Source: Rhodosorus marinus CCMP1338
Taxonomy: Eukaryota; Plantae; Rhodophyta
Direction of reading: 5' to 3'
NCBI GenBank assembly: GCA_029953675.1
Contig: JAMWBK010000003.1
Location: 1,488,001-1,552,000, forward strand
Length of the DNA: 64,000 bases
Positions 23,637-36,331 of this stretch are shown piece by piece. Positions within the stretch are counted from its first letter, which is position 1. Every line of letters begins with the position of its first letter. A model generated the notes under the pieces. The model was not told the origin of the DNA and made no database searches. It saw nothing but the letters and a program-made list of their open reading frames with translations. A program made the position numbers and the translations under genes.

Positions 23637-25668
23637 ATGCTGGCCTGTGGGCGTTCTCGTTTCCGCTTACTGGCGAGCGTCCGGAAGAGGTGGCTCACAC
23701 GGGACCCCGCCAGCGGTGATCGTCCGGGTGGTGGAGTTGTGCATACAATTAGGGATGAGAGGGACGCTCCTGATTTGATTGTCGAGCAAGGAAAGAAAAA
23801 ATCTTCTCATGTCGCGGAACTGCTCTTTGAATCCGCTCTCAGGGAGAGTAATCCCGGAGACGCACGTAGACTTTATGATGCACTGCTGGAGGTTTATGCA
23901 CATCGTCGTGATTCAAAGGGTGCCCTTTCACTGCTGAGACGGATGCAAGCGGCGGGTATACACATGAAACCCTACACCTTTTCTTACGCAATCCGGGCCT
24001 GTGTTCAAGAACCCAAAAGTGCAATGGATCTTTTCTTGAGGATGAAGGATGCTGGGTTCAAGCCGACGACCTTTATCTACAATACGGTGATGAGGTCTCT
24101 CGTGAACGATACAAAGCGCTCCGGAGACACTCGCTTTAGACACACGAAAGAGATAGGCATGGTTGAGTCTCTCCGGGAGGAGATGCGAGAAAACGGCTTG
24201 ACGCCAACAATCCATACCTATGGGGTGCTGCTTTTTTGCTATAGTAAAGCCGGCGAGGTGGAGAAAGCCGAACAACTCTATGCAATGCTAGTTTCTGAGA
24301 AAATACCGATGGAAGCCACGATCATTAATACGATGCTACAAATGAGAATTGAGCATGGACTCAATCCTATGCCACTTCTGGAAAGTATGCATAAGTTTGG
24401 GTAAGTAGTTTCTTTCGCAGTCTCGTCTTCACATCCAATCCGTTAGGGGAAGCTAGCTTCTAGCTTGTAACCATACGCGATATCTCAAAGTCCTCGGGTG
24501 GCCTAAATTCCGTCTCTTGACTCTTCAGATTGAAACCGGATCCGCGAACGTTCTCGGCGATTGCAAAAGGATGCACCATAACTGGAAATAATGGACTGGC
24601 GGTAAAGATGTTCAGGGAGCTGAAGAATCCTGACATTGAGGCTTGGGGCAGTTTATTGCGCTGCTTTGTTTCGGCGCGGGATGTGGAAGGCGCGGAGCGT
24701 GCCTTTAAGGAGATTCTTGCTGTCGGATTGCAACCGAATGGGTTCATTATGACGAACATGGTCATGCTCTATTCGAACTTGCACCTAGAGTCGAAAGTGA
24801 GGAAGTGGGTGGAGAAGGCGATGACGATGAATCTGGGAAAGCGACCGGTGCAGATCTGCCGAACGCTGTTGATTAAAACGTTGGCTAGAACCGGTGACTG
24901 TGTTGCAGCTGAGAACGAGTTCAACAAGCTATGGAAAGAGAACTCTGCTGATATTGTGGTGGTGATCACCATCATGAACATGTATTCGAAACTTAAACAA
25001 GCGGACAAAGCCCTCGCCCTGTTCGAGCAGACAAAGCATAGGGACGACTTTGGAAACAGGGAATCCCTGTACAACTTGGTGATGGATGCGCTTTGCCGTA
25101 CCGGGGAAATCGAGCGGGCGAAAATGTTTGCTACCGAGCTGACTAGCGTCGTACCGAAGCCTTCAATCTTCTTCTATACTCAGCTGGTCAAGGTAAGCAA
25201 CAATTGCAAAGGCAAGATGTGGACGTTGAGGAATACGCGGAAGCCCAGGCGGACGGGGCTACTTGTTTAGCTTTGAACCAAACGCAATTCCTCTCTTGCG
25301 CTCTACGACCTCAGATCCATGGCTTGGAATACAACGCGAAAGGAATTGAGCAGGTGGTTCGTGTTGTTCGAGACGCCGGGCTTCGCCCATGTACAGAGTT
25401 TTACAACACTTTAGTTGTATATCAAGGACTGCTGGGTAATTTTGAAGATGCGGAAGCATACCTTGAGGAAGCCCGAAGAAACAACCTGGCTTCCCGAAAA
25501 GTCTGGACTAGTCTCGTTAGAGTGTACGTGAAGGGAATGAAACTTGAACGGGCAGAACGGGCACGGGATAGGATGGAGGCTGCTGGCTTTCGCCTGGATG
25601 GCAGGACTAGAGAGCGGCTGGAACAGTTTAGAGAAAGTCGACGAAGTGGCGAACTGAGCTTAATTTAA
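23637..25668 (+). CDS. P-type pentatricopeptide-repeat protein 1 (probably mitochondrial), about 593 aa
   Basis: Exons 23637-24400, 24529-25192 and 25315-25668. Repeated ~35-aa motifs (KPYTFSYAIRAC, KPTTFIYNTVMRSL, TPTIHTYGVLLFCY, QPNGFIMTNMVMLY). The N-terminus is Arg-rich with no acidic residues. Confidence 0.9.
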
Positions 25669-26189
25669 GATGCGTGATTCGATTTCATTTGAGGAGTCGT
25701 TGGTGAACTAGTTAATGTTGGAATATGGTAAATTATTAAGTACTCTCGAGGTCGGTGTGTGAGCCACTCACTGCAAAGGAGCAAGTAGTTATTACGGTGG
25801 CCAAACGTGCGCGAAGAGGATTGCTTCACTCAGTAGGATCGGGCGAGGAGAAACCTTTTGAAGCGGATGTTGACGCTGCCTGTTCCGCCCCAAACTCACA
25901 AAACGCGGCAGTTGCATGAACGAACATAGTTGCCACGCGTAGGCAAAGCAGTTCCAGCAAGAGAGTGAGAGCCCCAACGTCTCAATTCCACCCTCATTTG
26001 AAGTAGGAAACCCAACTCTGCCACAGATTTCCAGTCGCAAGGTCGATGCCGCAACTCAGTTGTCCCCAGAGATTCATATGAACACCGTCCACACCTCCAA
26101 CCGTCCCAAACCCCAATATCGTCCCAACTCCGTCCCGTGTCCCAATCCATTCAAAACAAACTCCACAACCAACTCCCCCTTCATCTATC

Positions 26190-26420
26190 GCACCTAAGAA
26201 AAAACCCTAAATATATAAATATTTTAAAACTATTTCGTTCGTCCAGTCCAACGGGCCAAGGGGAGCAAAACTTTTGAACTTTACGAATGTCAGTTTTTGA
26301 GTGAGATAGCCGGAGTTCATTGACATTGAACGGGGTGCCCAGCGTTCATAAATATTTGAACTTTTTACGTGGCCATGGAAAAGAGGTGGTAAGAGGCGAA
26401 TGTTAATTGGAGAGGCCTTG
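26190..26420. promoter_or_regulatory. Probable bidirectional promoter
   Basis: AT-rich core (aaaccctaaatatataaata) flanked on the left by a C/A-rich tract and on the right by a G/T-rich tract leading into PPR2. Confidence 0.4.
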
Positions 26421-26682
26421 GGGGTATGTATATAGAACGGTTCGGATAGAAAGTTTGGGAGGGTAGGAAGGTGTGATGATTGTGATTGTGAATTATGATG
26501 CTCAAAGAAATGTCAAGCTAGTCTTATTCCTGTTCAGGAATGCAATTCGACCGTGATTGTGAGGGCAGGTGGATTGTGTTCCTGTTGAGGGTCGGAGCTT
26601 TCGGAGTTGGCAAGCTGGAGGGATTGGAACATGAGCAATTGACAGTTTAGGTCGGATTGATCTTTGCTAACTTAGTATCTAA

Positions 26683-28623
26683 ATGTTCGTTAACGTAGCT
26701 TCCTATGAAACCGGAAGGTTTGGAGGTGGACGGCGGGCCGTGTGTTTTGTGGATGTGAAATGTGACAGAGTTCTGAGCGAGTTTGTGCGAAATAGTAGGG
26801 GCATTCCTTCAGGGGAGGCGCTGAGGAGAGTTCAGGCAATTGAGGCTGAATGTGCACGAAATCCGAAGGTGTTTTCAAAACTTATTGACCTCTTCCACGA
26901 CAAGTATGGCGTTGAAGAAGCTGAGGAGGTGTGGAGATGGCTGGTTGAGGTTGGCGGGGTGGAACCAAACCTGAACCACTTTAATGTGAAGATGAGGTTG
27001 TACTCGCAGGGACTAGAGGCAGACAAGATGATCGGATTGAAGAAGAGTATGGAGGAGAACGGAATCAGGCTCGATGTGGTGTCCTACACCATGCTGATTC
27101 ACGTGCTCGGAAAATGCGGCCAGTTGGAAGAAGCTGAGAGATTAGTTAGCGAGATGCAGGGAAAAGGCATCAAACCCAACGTTGTGACGTTCAATTCACT
27201 CCTCACGTCGCTCTCGGAACACAACGACACGGCTCGGTTTCGACACTGGAAGAGCGTTATGAGGAAGCTGAGAATACCTGAAAACGCTGTCACGTCACAC
27301 ATTCTGGTCGACTCGCATGTTAGACTCGGCCAGCTCATTCAAGCGGAGAATCTCATCTCCGACATGATCAGAAGAAAAAAAAGGGTGCGTACTTTGTTAA
27401 AGTGATATTTAACCTTCGGCGGACCCCAAGCGATATGGCTGTTTTCGGGTCCATCAGCACGCGCTAGGCAACTCAATCATCGGATCTACCAGGGCCATAG
27501 GCCATGCTTCTTATGGAAGCTGATACGTCATTGGAGAATCTGAACAAAGTACTCCGTATCAATAATACTTTTAGGTCAAACCGGAGTCGCTCACCAGTGT
27601 TATGAACAGCTACGCGTCGAGAGGAGACATAGATGGCGTAGAAAGGTGTAGGTTGTTATTCCTGGCGGCTGGCCTTCCGCTTGGAGAGTATGCGTTCAAT
27701 GTAAGGTTTCGACGACTTCCCCTATATTTTTGGTGCTAGCCCTCTGCCGTAGGTTCACCAAGGCTTAAAATCTCCGGCTGTGTTTCGAATTTGTTCATTA
27801 ACCTTTCCAGGTTCTCCTGAAGGCTTTTCTTAGAGCTGGAGATGCAGAAGGCATGATCCGAACGTCCAAAATGATGCGCTCTGCCAAGATTGAACCTAAT
27901 GCCGTAACGTTTACCACGCTGATGAAGGCGTGCTCGGCAAAAGGAGATGTTCGTCGTGTTCATAGATGCTTTAATCAGATGCTGCGTTTTGGAATCAAGC
28001 CGGATCGGATTACGTACAATACTCTCCTGAACTCACTTCGCGTTGCGGGAGATTTTCGGAATGTTGAGAAATATGTGAAGATGATGGAGAGATCCGGCAT
28101 CAACCCTGACGTCGTTACGTACAACACACTTTTGAGTTTGTATTCTGAATGTGGGAGGATTGCCGACGTGTGTTCAGTTGATACGTTCGTGTACTAGGAG
28201 CTGGGAGTATAATTCTGAACACGATCTTTGGTTGTCCCGTAGGTCAAGAATATCAGTACAAAAATGAGAGAAGCTAACATTGCACATACGGAGTTCACGT
28301 ATAACACTCTCATCAGCGCATACGCAAATGCCGGGGATGTAGATTCCGCGGAGGAAGAGTTCTACAATCTCAAAGCGAGTGAAATTCGGCCAACTGTAGT
28401 AACTCTCACCGCGCTGATCCACGCGCACGCCAAGAACGAGAACTTTTTTGTGGCGGAAAGAATTCTTCGCCAGATGAAGGACACCTATGGAGTGCGACCA
28501 AACCACGTCACTTACTCATGCCTCATACACGCCATGCTCAAACACGATGCAAAAGATCGTGCGATGAAGCTGTATGAGGAAGCTAAATCCCAGGGCTTCA
28601 AGATCAATGTCAAAACGATCTAG
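26683..28623 (+). CDS. P-type PPR protein 2 (probably plastid)
   Basis: Three ORF-track pieces plus a small exon (VKPESLTSVMNSY...YAFN from 27575) are joined by GT-AG introns. Classic repeats: DVVSYTMLIHVLGKCGQLEEA, PNVVTFNSLL, PDRITYNTLL, PDVVTYNTLL, PNHVTYSCLI. Confidence 0.9.
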
Positions 28624-29276
28624 GGCAGCGGCTGCTGCGTATCTGACAATAACCGTACCACCTCAGGCTTGTGTAGTAATGGAAACTCTTATTTATTTAC
28701 CCAATCTGCTGTTCCACTGTCATGGAATTTGCAGGGTCATAAATACAAAAAAATTCTGAATCCTAAGGTTGCTGTTCGTCAGTGAGGAAAGCCCAAACCT
28801 GTTCAGGAACGAACTTGCGAACTACCAACTACCAGAATTCCATCGATCCTACATGTAAAATGCGCATCCATTAACGCAAAACAAAACCAGTTCGTCCGAC
28901 TGCCAAACTAGGAGAGCCCACTCGAAGGTTGTGTTACAAGTCTCCGTTACTAGATCCAAGACGAGGCACAGCTTGTATTTCGTTCGACTCCTTTTCGAGG
29001 ATCACCCTACGGAAACCATTTTGGTTTCCTTCATCCAGCGCGTGAAGACGGAGTTGTGAAGCCAGTCCCTTGTTTGCATTCCAAGTCATTGTCTCTTGCT
29101 CTCACCGCGGATGTTTGGCTATGTTCGAATCTACTAGACAGGCCGTGAAGCTCTCAAAGTCACAATCTCCGCATTCTTTCCGCAATCGAGGTGCCTTCAT
29201 GGCGGTGGTAGGTGGGAATATTCATTGATAGACTAGAGAGCAGTACCCGATTTCATCATCGATGGGGTCTCCCGTA

Positions 29277-31684
29277 CTAGCTGTCTAGGTCGACGCCTCG
29301 TTCTAGAGAGTATCTGGAGAGTTTGTCCGCGAGGTCCTTCTCCCCATGCTGGCGGAGGCTGTGAATGACTTGATTCACCGATCGCGCATCCCAATCTTCC
29401 GTTTTCTGAAGCGTTCTCAGCGCTCGAATTGGCTGTCTTTTACGCAGGTACACAGCTATCAGTGCCCTCTTGGTATAATTGTCCGGTTGTAGCTTCCGCA
29501 TCTGCATTTCTCGGAGGACGTCATCCGGCCGGATAGACTTTATCCGAAGCATTGTGTTGAAAATCGCTGTATCTGCAAAAACTCCCTCGACATCCATTTC
29601 CTGAAGAAGCCGGTAGGGAGTTTCCCTTTTGGTGTTGGGGTCCCTCGCGAGAAGGACCATGCACATTGAAAACGTGGCAACATCGAACTTGATCAGCTGG
29701 TTTCGCATATCGCCCAAGACGTGCTTTGCCGCTGTGTGCCTTCGAGCTACAATTAAAGCTTGAACCGCAGCATTGTACACAGCTACGTCCGACCCCATCT
29801 GCTTCGCTTTTCGAAAGAGCCTTAGCACCTAACCGGACAAATGAGAACAGCAACAGGACCATCAGGGTAAACATGGCCGAAAGGCCAGCCTCCTGTCACA
29901 GTCTCTCTCAAGCACAACGCACCTGCTCAACATCGCCTGCTTTACCCAGTTCGCGCATCGCTTGTGTGATTTCCAGCAGGGACGAAGGTTCTTTCTCCAA
30001 TCCTGCAAAGGTCCCTCCCGTTCCTCTCTTCCTCTTCTTATTAGCAATAATCCAGTCTGTTACATGATCACTTCTTATACTAGATCCATGCATCTCCTCC
30101 ATCAGGGACTCTACTTCCTCGCCAATTCTAGACCTTATCGAAATCATTGTATTGTAGATGGCAAGATCAGGTGGGATACGCAGAACCTTCATTTCCCTGA
30201 AGAGCCCCTCCGCTTCGTCAAACTCTCCCGCACGATTACACGCTACGATCATCGCACAATACGCATGCTGATCCGGTTCGATCTAAACGAGACAAAGCAC
30301 AACCAAAGGAGCCAGCCGTCAGCACTTAATAGAGAGCTATTAGGACAACTTGAAATGCGTATAATACCCCATGCTCTCGAATCCGCTCAAACGCCTCCTT
30401 CGCAAGTCCAAATTCACGATCATTCGCATACAGTTGAATAAACGCGGTGAACGTAAACACATCAGGATGAATTCCATCTTCCTTCATCCTATTTCGGATA
30501 TTCGAGACAACCATTACAGTGAGCAAACTTCCTAGATTTCAAACTCGTAACAGAATGGATACTTCCCAAGTCAAAATGAAACCCAGCTGCCCTGTGGATG
30601 GGGGGGGTCTGGGGTGTCTTGATGGGCTACGCAGGATGGCCGAATTGCTACAGCCTCTAGTCACGAGTTCTCGCAGGGAACGAGCATACGCTTACCTTTC
30701 GAAGATCGTTTCAGCAGCACTGACGTTTCGAGCTCTCTTCGCTGCGCCGATTGCGACATTGTACAAAACGAGGTCGGGCTTCAAGTTAGCATCGTGAAGT
30801 CTCGAGAAACACCTTTGAAAAGTCACAGGGCGACATTTGGAGAAGACGGAAGGGGTGAAGGGATGCGATTGTCGTCTCTTAGCAACTGAAAACTGACAGT
30901 TCTTCATCGTGGTGTTGTTTCGTAGTGTTGGGGGGGGGGATGGTAGATACCTTTTAACCTCCTCAAATCTGTTGGCTGTGGCATATCCTCTTATGAGGGA
31001 TGTAAAAATGTGAACGTCTGGTTGGACGGTTTCCATCGACATCATAGTACGAAGGACGCTTTCAGCTGCTGGCATCTTGTTGAGTTTGGCGTAGGTATCA
31101 ATGAGAATCCCGAAAGAAATGATATCCGGCTTGACTTCAGAATTGCTGCCATTCAGCATCCCGTAGATAATGTCATCGATGGCCTGTACCATCCTCGCCT
31201 TGGAGTATCCCTTCATGAGAGCGTTGTATGCGCTAATATCAGCAGTCCGCTCAGTCTCCGTCTCGAACTCTCGTAAAACCGCTTCGGCGACTTGTGGTGA
31301 TGACTTTCTACAGAACTCCTGAACCAGTCGAACCAAATCCCCATCAAGAAAATCATCCTTCAATCTTGACTTCCTAAACGCTTCCAACGCGAGATCATTC
31401 TTCCCCGATTTCAGCAGCCTGATAATGTCCCGAGCCCGTTCATTTCGGTTTCTCGTTAGATCTTCCTCCTCATCCGCAGCCGAATCCCCATCCTCTCCCA
31501 GAACTTGATCCTCTGGTCGTTCCCAATTTCCAAACGACGACCCACTTAAACACAAACGACTTCTTCCTCTACTTCCATTTACATTACCATACCCAACGAA
31601 CCCTTTACAAGCAGACCTTCTCGAACCTCCGCAAACCCCAACTGAAGCAACGCTCAGATGAATGAATCCAAGTCCCATAACCAT
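29277..31684 (-). CDS. P-type PPR protein 3 (probably plastid), about 5 exons
   Basis: Repeats ADISAYNALMKGY, PDIISFGILIDTY, PDVHIFTSLIRGY, PDLVLYNVAI, PDVFTFTAFIQLY, PDLAIYNTMI. Intron 30813-30950 and further GT-AG introns. Transit-peptide-like N-terminus MGLGFIHLSVASVG. Confidence 0.9.
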
Positions 31685-33032
31685 AAGAATACCAAATAAA
31701 ACCAGGCCCCAACTCCGCCTTCTAAACCACCCGAAACCAGCTCTTACCCAAAAACTAACTCAAACCTTCACTAACAGCCGAAAAGATTTCCTCCTAAACC
31801 CGACATCATAGACGATATCCAAGGCTACAACCTCGACCAGCCCCAAAGCAGCCAGTTCACGACATGTACCTTAATTTTTTTTTACCAAACTCTTCGTCAA
31901 CAGCTTGTCCCCATCTCCTTTCCTCTCCTCTCCCGGTCTCCCTCGGTCACTCGGTCTCTCTTCTTACCCGTCTCACGGAGCTCACACCCAATCCCTGATC
32001 TTCCAAGAGTATCCTCAGCACATGAACATGTTCGCAATTGGCCGTATCCTTTTTGAGCTGTAATTCCTTAAGAAGCCTTTCAGCAGCGGATCTGGATGTA
32101 TCAGTTTTAGGTCACCAGCTATCCGCTCTTCCCACGGCCGGCTAGCCTCCTCGACAAGCTATCAACAGCCAGACCCGCAGTCCGCATTGTTGTGAACTCG
32201 AGGTTTGCGCGGATGGAGTACTTGCAGATGTTCACCCATACTGGTTGTATTGTAGAGAGCTCCTTTTTGCTCATGTCTCGGATCTTAGTTTCAGATTAAG
32301 AATACGTCCATGTTCTGCTCTTGGTCTGTCTTGTGGTTCTCCGCTTTGCTCCGTCTCTCAGAAGCTCGGGGTTGAGACAAGGATCCTACTAAAATGCATT
32401 TGCGTTTGTTGTGGGCTTTGTTACGGATGCTTGAACCGATGGTGCCTGTATCCGCTGAGTCAGAGCTATTTTCCTGAGAGGGTTGGCGAAGGTTCTCTCT
32501 TGGCGAATCTATCTAGTTGTTCTTATCATTCGCCTTCATGCACCCGATTCAGCCACGAAAGCTGTGGCCATTCGTCCCGAAGGAGATGGGCTTGGAGATG
32601 ACTTGCATCTATAGATGGTTTTGCGTTAGTTCTGGTTGCGAGCTGGATAGGCTCAAACTATCCTGATAACGCGAGCGGAAACTCACCATCTAGCCAGGGC
32701 ATGAGTACCAGCCGTCTTAGGCTTCAGATCTGATGGTAAAAAGACTTGAAGGTTTGTGGTAAACTCGGAGTACGGAGTATTTCCTTGTACAGTCTGTTCT
32801 GGTATCTCCTATGCTCTCTTTGAAAAGCTTAGCGATCAGTAGTTCCCGTACAGGAGCGGGCGGGTCCGTATCTAGTTCACCTCAAAGCTGTCAGTTTTAG
32901 TCTTGCTTCACCGAATGTTGTTTGCGCCCACGTTCTGAACAGTCACGGGTTATTCGGAATTGCGTTGTTGGGAAGCGTGAGTTTCATGCGTGACTATCCA
33001 GATAAACTTGTTTCTCTGGATTGTTTCAGTTC

Positions 33033-33651
33033 CTAAGTATTGGGCTTCGTGCTGTGCTTCGTGCTGTGCTTTCCCAACGCTGGAGCTAGATCAACGTCGG
33101 CCATTGTGTCTAGGTTTAGGTGTCCATGCTTTTTCGCTTTCGATTTCTTTCCTTGCGAACTTTCGCCACCGTCCCTTGGTACCGCTACGACTCGATGGAA
33201 TGTCGTTTTTTTAGTTCCACTTCCGTAGAACATCGCTTTCCCGTCTGCCAGGGACCCGCGCAAAACACGAAAAGAAACCATGCGCGTATCAGCTTTTTTG
33301 CTGTGACTAAGGAGCAAAGAGCAGGTCTTCCGTCCTCATGGAATCACCTTGCAAGTAGAAATACAATTGCGTCCCTAACACATCTTCATGTGCACCTTCA
33401 AAGAGAACACGGTCAACTGAAAGCAGTGGCTTCTCCGTATCAAAACCCTTTCCACAACAACAAGTGCAAATTGCTTGAGGTCAAGACTCAATAGCGAAAA
33501 ACGCTGCTCAAGTACAGGAAATACATCCCCTTACCGCCAGTTGGTATGAGCTGCAACTCGGAAGAACATTCATGTCCTCCCAATTGGCAAGCTCGAGAAG
33601 ATGGCAGTCAGATCTCGGTGCCGAATCATTGTCATGCTCTTCACCACTCAT
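33033..33651 (-). CDS. GTF3C6: TFIIIC subunit 6 (GTF3C6/Tfc7 N-terminal-like), about 142 aa, 3 exons
   Basis: Exons 33651-33535, 33447-33348 and 33244-33033. The spliced product contains YQLA|GFDTEKPLLSVDRVLFEGAHEDVLGTQLYF, matching the family motif GLDT..P.L......F.G.YED..GT...F, followed by TKKTTFHRV. Confidence 0.75.
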
Positions 33652-34275
33652 CCTGAGACGCCATTCGCTCTCCCGCTTTACTCCTAACCTGTACTCGGAC
33701 TATTTAGTTTAAAGCCAGAGCTACTCTGTCAGAGGAGAAGCAGCCCAAGCATCCTCACCCCTCCCAAAGCAACCTCGCGTAACTCACGGCGATATATTCC
33801 ATTGTCTACCCTCGGCGAAGGTTTAAGAGGGTGAATTACAGGGCCACCAAGAGTCTACTTCCGAGGAGCGTTTGGAGTGGTCTATGCCTTTCGGGCGGCT
33901 GAACTGGAATCGCATCGGAACTCTCCTGACCATCGCCAACGGGTGCAGCCCTGATATGCTGCTTATGGGTCTGCTGGATTTGATATAGGTGAGAACGTGA
34001 GATCATTCCCGACCTCAAGAGTGCCGGCCATGGTGCGCGGAGAGGACAAACTCGCTCTCTAGTCTCGCGCTTGCGGGCTAGACAATGGCGATGCTGGAAG
34101 GCAACTTCTCGCACAAGAAAGTTTGCCCAACTTTGGTTCAACTGATTGAGTTTGTGCGGCAGGCGTTTTTGTTCAAAAAAAAATTTTCCTTCTCACGATA
34201 ATACTGCAACATACATCATGGAAAACCTATTAATACACGATCCTAGTAGAACGATTCCTCCTGAATCGCAGGTTC

Positions 34276-34834
34276 CTAATTTGGGTCGTCCTCGTCCCCT
34301 TTGTATTCGTCAAAATTCTGATTGACACGTTCAATATTCAAGTAAAACTTTTCACCAGGTGCGTTCATGACTGATTTGCCCATCCAAAGGTACTCCTCTG
34401 CACCTGACCCAAAGCAAGAAAGATCACAGGCTTTTAGCGGGAGTTTTTGCAGCCTCATCGAACGGGGCCGTGGCAAAAAAGTGGTCTGATCGCGTACCTT
34501 CAATATCCGAGTACTCCAAGTCCGATGACTTCAACGTATGACGCACCTGAGGGGAAAAATTCTCCTGCACAGTCTCCTTAATCCTGTCCTCGAGCCACTC
34601 CGTATTGTATACAAAAATGGGCGTCCTTTCAGCCCCATTCACGGCAGTCGCCAAGTGTGGTACTTTCGGGAGTGATCGCTTCGGAGCTGGAGTCTCAGCC
34701 TCGTGAACAGTCTCTGCCAACTGCGGCACTCGCGAAGGTAGAGATCCCTTGGACCCTTTATCACCAGAACAGCACCACCTACGCCAGATCCCAGATGACC
34801 TGATTCTACTCAGTCCCAGCCGTGAAGACATCAT
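34276..34834 (-). CDS. Uncharacterised, probably mitochondrial protein, about 154 aa
   Basis: Presequence-like MMSSRLGLSRIRSSGIWRRWCCS. Intron 34404-34497 (GTACGC...GTCAG) joins two ORFs in frame (DIE|GAEEYLWMG). Confidence 0.65.
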
Positions 34835-36331
34835 CACCGGCAGTCCGTCCTAGACCAGATCTTACGAAACAACCTAGTTCAAAAGCCTCTCAATTAGCCC
34901 AAACATCAAAATTTCAATCCTAAATACCAGATCATTTAACCAAATCTCCTCTCCAACCACAGAAACTCTACCAGATTTTCCACCAAGTCTCCTTCCTCGG
35001 AGTACTCCCGAACAAGTCCATAAGCCTTCCTCTTTGACAATTTCCTCCTCGCCAAACCAACTGTTGTATTTTGAAAATATTTTAAAGGGCTTGCGTTTTC
35101 CCCTTCTCAATGTGATGGAAAACGCATGCCAATTTCTCCCTCTGCGCTGACGTGAAACTCTGAAGAAATTTGCGTCCATTGTTCCCATAGGCTTTATCAA
35201 GGGGGTATGAGTTTGTTTCGTTTTCTGAATAGTAGTTATAATAATCAATTATTTGGACGTTTAATCTTCCGGTTGTAGGGTAGGAAGATATGGTTCATAT
35301 TTTGGCCCCCCTGAGGACGGAAAAATAGTATTTTCGATTTGCTTACCAATCCCAATCGTGGCCAGGGCCAATGTTACCATGCACATATAGACTCCCCTTC
35401 AAAAAATTACATGAAAACCCAGCTCATGTTGGAACCTTCTAACACCCTTCCTTTGGCCAAGCACGACAAGCTAAAAACCAAGAATAAGGAACAACGAAAA
35501 AATATATAATATACATTTTGAACGAATAGCTCCAAAGGAGCGCCATTTTCCTGTATTTTTTTACTCGAGGGGATCGACAAATTGATGAAACGAATATTAT
35601 TTGAACTATTTATACTTTTAAAGCGTATTGAGGGGTTGTCGAAAGTTGTTTGTATAGGGGTTGATTAAATTGCTTAATCGGGACTGGGATTGTAGCAAAA
35701 AGGTCGCTGGGGAGGAAGGTGAGATCGATACTGGATCTCAAAGGGACGAGCATACATACGAAACAAACTCCTCTGACAAGTACGATGCGAGAAGGATTTT
35801 AGCACTTGCTGTGAGTTGGATTCGTATAGATTGTGTGTCGTGATCAATTGGTTCAACGGCATAGATTTTTCTCACTTTATTCCTTATTGTGGCGAGGCCA
35901 CCATCATTAGATATAAAAACTAGGTGCAGGTTTGCCCGGCAACGGTTAAGAAGAGTCAGAGCCGCGAGCGCTTTTGCTAGGACGCGCTGAGTGTGTGAGT
36001 CCCTGGATAAACAAGGGTTTGGGTTTGGAGAGCCACCTCACCGGTGTGTTATCGTGAGGTATGAGGAGAATGCTCATGTTGCAGGTTGACCTTCGCGTCC
36101 GGCCAAGGGACGTCAACTGGGCTGGGGTGTTTCAGGTTTTTCTCAACACAGCCTTGAGGGCTCTTTTGCCATTTGCGCTGTTCCTAGAAAGATGTCTGGC
36201 TTTAAAGACGGCTTTCAAAACAACGGAAAAAGGTCAGCAACAACAAAAATAATAGGGGCTTCTCGATTGTACAAAGCGTGGGATGGTTGGGGACGGTCCG
36301 TTCAGTTCTGGCTTAGACTCTCGGGCCAACA

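Noticed and set aside
33967-33987. GSAGFDI resembling dUTPase motif 1
   Set aside because: No RSG or GVID motifs follow, there are in-frame stops on both sides, and a 7-aa match can occur by chance.
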